Assembly (NCBI GenBank): GCA_918797485.1
Contig: CAKKNE010000003.1
Coordinates: 2,604,001-2,668,000, forward strand
DNA: 64,000 nucleotides
Source: Pelagomonas calceolata
Taxonomy: Eukaryota
Direction of reading: 5' to 3'
Shown: in pieces, positions 61,587 to 64,000 of the stretch
Numbering within the stretch: the stretch's first letter is position 1
How the letters are laid out: the number at the start of each line of letters is the position of its first letter
Notes under the pieces: model-generated
Told to the model about the DNA's origin: nothing
Databases searched by the model: none
What the model saw: the letters and a program-made list of their open reading frames with translations, nothing else
Made by a program: the position numbers and the translations under genes

Positions 61587-62393
61587 ATGCATAAGGCGCC
61601 GCTCGCACTGCTGGCCATCTGTGCGCAGACAACAGCTCTCAAGCTCGTCTTCGCCGGCGGCACGGGCGGCCTCGGCTCCGCGCTGGCGGAGCGCTGCGCC
61701 AAACAGGGGCACAGCGTGACGATCCTGTGCCGGAACGCCTACCTCGCGGTGTCGCCTAGTCGCGTGTCCGAGGACTTTGGCTGGGTCGGCGAGCGGCGCG
61801 TTCAGGAGTGGGACGCCCAGGGCTTCGGCAAGAAGATCACTTTTAGGGATTGGACGGGCGGCGATGAGTTGGATAGCGTCTCGGACCGGTGGGTCGGCTG
61901 GGAGGACTCCTTGAAAAACGTGGATGCTGTGGTCTTCACGGTCGGCGACCTGGGCAAGCGCGGGCGGACGCGGCCCGTCGACGCCATCGCGCGCGCCGCC
62001 CGCGAGGCCGGGGAGGCGATGCCGCGGCGGTTTGTGCATTTGGCGCCCGTCGATGACTTGGTGAAGCGGACGGGCGCCTTCGCCGACAAGCGCATCGAGA
62101 CGCTGCGCGACACCGAGCGGAGCTGGAAGCAGACGTTTGGGGGGTTGGGCCGGTGCCTCCGGGCCGGGACGGTCCTCGGCCTGCCGAAGTTCGCGGATTC
62201 GCGGCTCTTCCCCGCGCCCAAGGACCTGCGGCGCGTCGGTACCTGGGTGCACCTCGACGACCTGACGGACGCCGTGCTCGGGGCCTGCTTCGACGCCGAG
62301 GCGTCGTCGGACCCCGTGCTCGTGGAGCCGTCGTCCGTGAGGACGATCGAGGCGGCGAAGGCGCGGCCCGCTAGGAGTAACTACTATCTTTAA
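61587..62393 (+). CDS. NAD(P)-binding epimerase/SDR-like protein
   Basis: LVFAGGTGGLG Rossmann motif, DAVVFTVG and WVHLDDL; signal peptide. Confidence 0.75.
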   Translation: MHKAPLALLAICAQTTALKLVFAGGTGGLGSALAERCAKQGHSVTILCRNAYLAVSPSRVSEDFGWVGERRVQEWDAQGFGKKITFRDWTGGDELDSVSDRWVGWEDSLKNVDAVVFTVGDLGKRGRTRPVDAIARAAREAGEAMPRRFVHLAPVDDLVKRTGAFADKRIETLRDTERSWKQTFGGLGRCLRAGTVLGLPKFADSRLFPAPKDLRRVGTWVHLDDLTDAVLGACFDAEASSDPVLVEPSSVRTIEAAKARPARSNYYL

Positions 62394-62449
62394 CTAGCCT
62401 CTCCGGCGCCACGTCGCGGAGTCGCGAAGCGAAGAAGATAACAAAACTA

Positions 62450-64000
62450 TTACTCGGCCTTCAGGTCCGGCGGCTTCCGGGACACGCGCCTCTCCGGTAG
62501 CTGCGCGCGCAGCGCCGGCAGGAGCACGGCCGCCAGAATGCAAAGGAGCGGCCCGTCCACAAAAGTATCCCCGTAGGTGATCCCAATAAAGCGCCGCAGG
62601 CGGTTCGCCGTACTTTCTGAAGGCGCTTCCGGAGCGACGGGCCACTGTTGGGGCTCGACGACCTGCATCCGCAACAACGTCGAGTCGACCTTGGGGACGT
62701 ACTCCTTGATCCGCGTTCTCTTCCAGTACTTCGTACAGTCACTCCCACACAACTCGGTACCGGGGATACTTCGAGCCCAGCGCGACGGCGCCCTCGTAAA
62801 GTCGTAGTGGTAGAGCCAGGCCCGGACGAAGGCCGGCGGCTTCTCGCGGAAGGGGTACGCGTCCACATCTAACAGTTGCAAGGCGGCGTCGTTTGATGGT
62901 ATTCTTGTAGTAATACGGTACATGAGGTGCAATAACCAAGGGTTGTGCTGGTAGTGACCTAACGCGGCGAACCAGAGCTGCCAATCTAACCTAGGTTGGT
63001 GCGGCGCCGTCCGCCGAGGTGCTCGTTCTTCGACGAACGGCGCATATCTAAAAGGGATCTCTTCCCACACTGAACCGTTGGTGGAGCCCTCGAGGACGAC
63101 GGCGGGCACTTCGACCAGTGAGGGAGGCAGACCGCCGTAGCCTCGGCCTTCCGAAGCGCCGACGCCCGTCATCCGCCGAAACAGACCGTAGGAGTTCGAT
63201 ACGCGGAACGGATCGACGTGCTCCTTCCAGCCTTGCGTCAGGCGCTGGCCCGTCGGCGTCGGTATCAAAGGTAGGATCGACCTATTTGCGAGGGAGCCCA
63301 TCGGTATTATAATGATACCCATGTGGGCTAGACAGATCGCGGCGAGACCGAGGTGGAACGCGTACGCGACCGCGCCCCTCACCCAACCTTTTTTGTGAGC
63401 GGACCGCCGCGCGTAGTCCGAGCCCGCAAGAGCGGCGACGCCGTACAAGTACGCGACGGGCCGCCAGTCCAAAACGGCGGTGAGCATGCCCGCGACGAAG
63501 TAGCGGTCCGCTCGGTTTTCTATCGTGAAGCCGTCCGGTCTACTCAGAGCTGTTTTGTACGGCTTCGTTAGGGTGAGCGGGAAGAGATGTGTTGAGGCGT
63601 AGATCAACGATACTAATGAAGAGAAGCAGGCCGCCCTCTTACAGCCTTTCCGCCTCCACCAGCGCTCCCACGCGTTTTCAGATTCATCAAAGTCGCCGGC
63701 CCACGCCGGAAGTAATAATATACAGGTGTGCAGGTTGAACCAGTTGTAGTTGCCCGTGTACTGGATGAGGATCTGCAAAGGTAACTGGATCAAAACACCG
63801 ACGCGCCGCATCGCCGTGATCGGGGCCAGCAAAAACCAGGGCGCTACGAGCTCGACCAGGAACATTATTGCGGTACCGAGTCGCAATAATAGTGGTGGAA
63901 AGGAGTGGAAGGCCCAGGCCTGGCGCGTGGGCAGGCACGTCGACGCGAAGTGGTACTCCAATGCTGTCAAACTTTGCCAGGTCGGGCAGTCGGCCGTCAC
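62450..64000 (-). CDS. Lipase maturation factor family protein (5' part outside the window)
   Basis: W..LTALEYHF..CLPT, TGNYNWFNLHT, NSYGLFRRMTG and APHQPRLDWQLWFAAL. Confidence 0.92.
   Translation of the reverse strand: MTADCPTWQSLTALEYHFASTCLPTRQAWAFHSFPPLLLRLGTAIMFLVELVAPWFLLAPITAMRRVGVLIQLPLQILIQYTGNYNWFNLHTCILLLPAWAGDFDESENAWERWWRRKGCKRAACFSSLVSLIYASTHLFPLTLTKPYKTALSRPDGFTIENRADRYFVAGMLTAVLDWRPVAYLYGVAALAGSDYARRSAHKKGWVRGAVAYAFHLGLAAICLAHMGIIIIPMGSLANRSILPLIPTPTGQRLTQGWKEHVDPFRVSNSYGLFRRMTGVGASEGRGYGGLPPSLVEVPAVVLEGSTNGSVWEEIPFRYAPFVEERAPRRTAPHQPRLDWQLWFAALGHYQHNPWLLHLMYRITTRIPSNDAALQLLDVDAYPFREKPPAFVRAWLYHYDFTRAPSRWARSIPGTELCGSDCTKYWKRTRIKEYVPKVDSTLLRMQVVEPQQWPVAPEAPSESTANRLRRFIGITYGDTFVDGPLLCILAAVLLPALRAQLPERRVSRKPPDLKAE

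Noticed and set aside
1..64000. Prokaryotic operon, defence island, or rRNA/tRNA genes
   Set aside because: Gene content and spliceosomal introns are eukaryotic. I recognised no structural RNA genes by eye, though a covariance-model scan would be needed to exclude small ncRNAs.

Overview
Eukaryotic, very GC-rich, gene-dense nuclear DNA with about 48 protein-coding genes, few short spliceosomal introns and mostly alternating strands. Signal-peptide-plus-F plastid presequences (HflX, MATE, HAD), CCB1, a PsbP-like protein, flagellar genes (CFAP161, BART domain) and TIR/TSD introners suggest a photosynthetic stramenopile, most likely a pelagophyte such as Pelagomonas or Aureococcus (inference). 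I recognised no rRNA, tRNA, CRISPR array or transposase. Main observations: (1) a family of non-autonomous DNA-transposon introns (introners) with CTGTGTGGAAATC...GATTTCCACACAG inverted ends and 8-bp target-site duplications, present as three full copies in both orientations, one decayed 69-nt copy and scattered remnants; (2) a 21-23-bp CTAG-bounded motif (CTAGTGTCTTACA-NNN-CGCTAG) found 15 times, always intergenic and in 12 of 18 divergent promoter regions; (3) a predicted 67-nt intron that would fuse a double sulfotransferase ORF to a glycosyltransferase-like ORF; (4) an F-box-like C-terminal module shared by two ankyrin proteins and a truncated FAD-oxidase; (5) a three-exon MZT1 gene missed by the ORF track. 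All product calls come from motif recognition by eye, not database searches.
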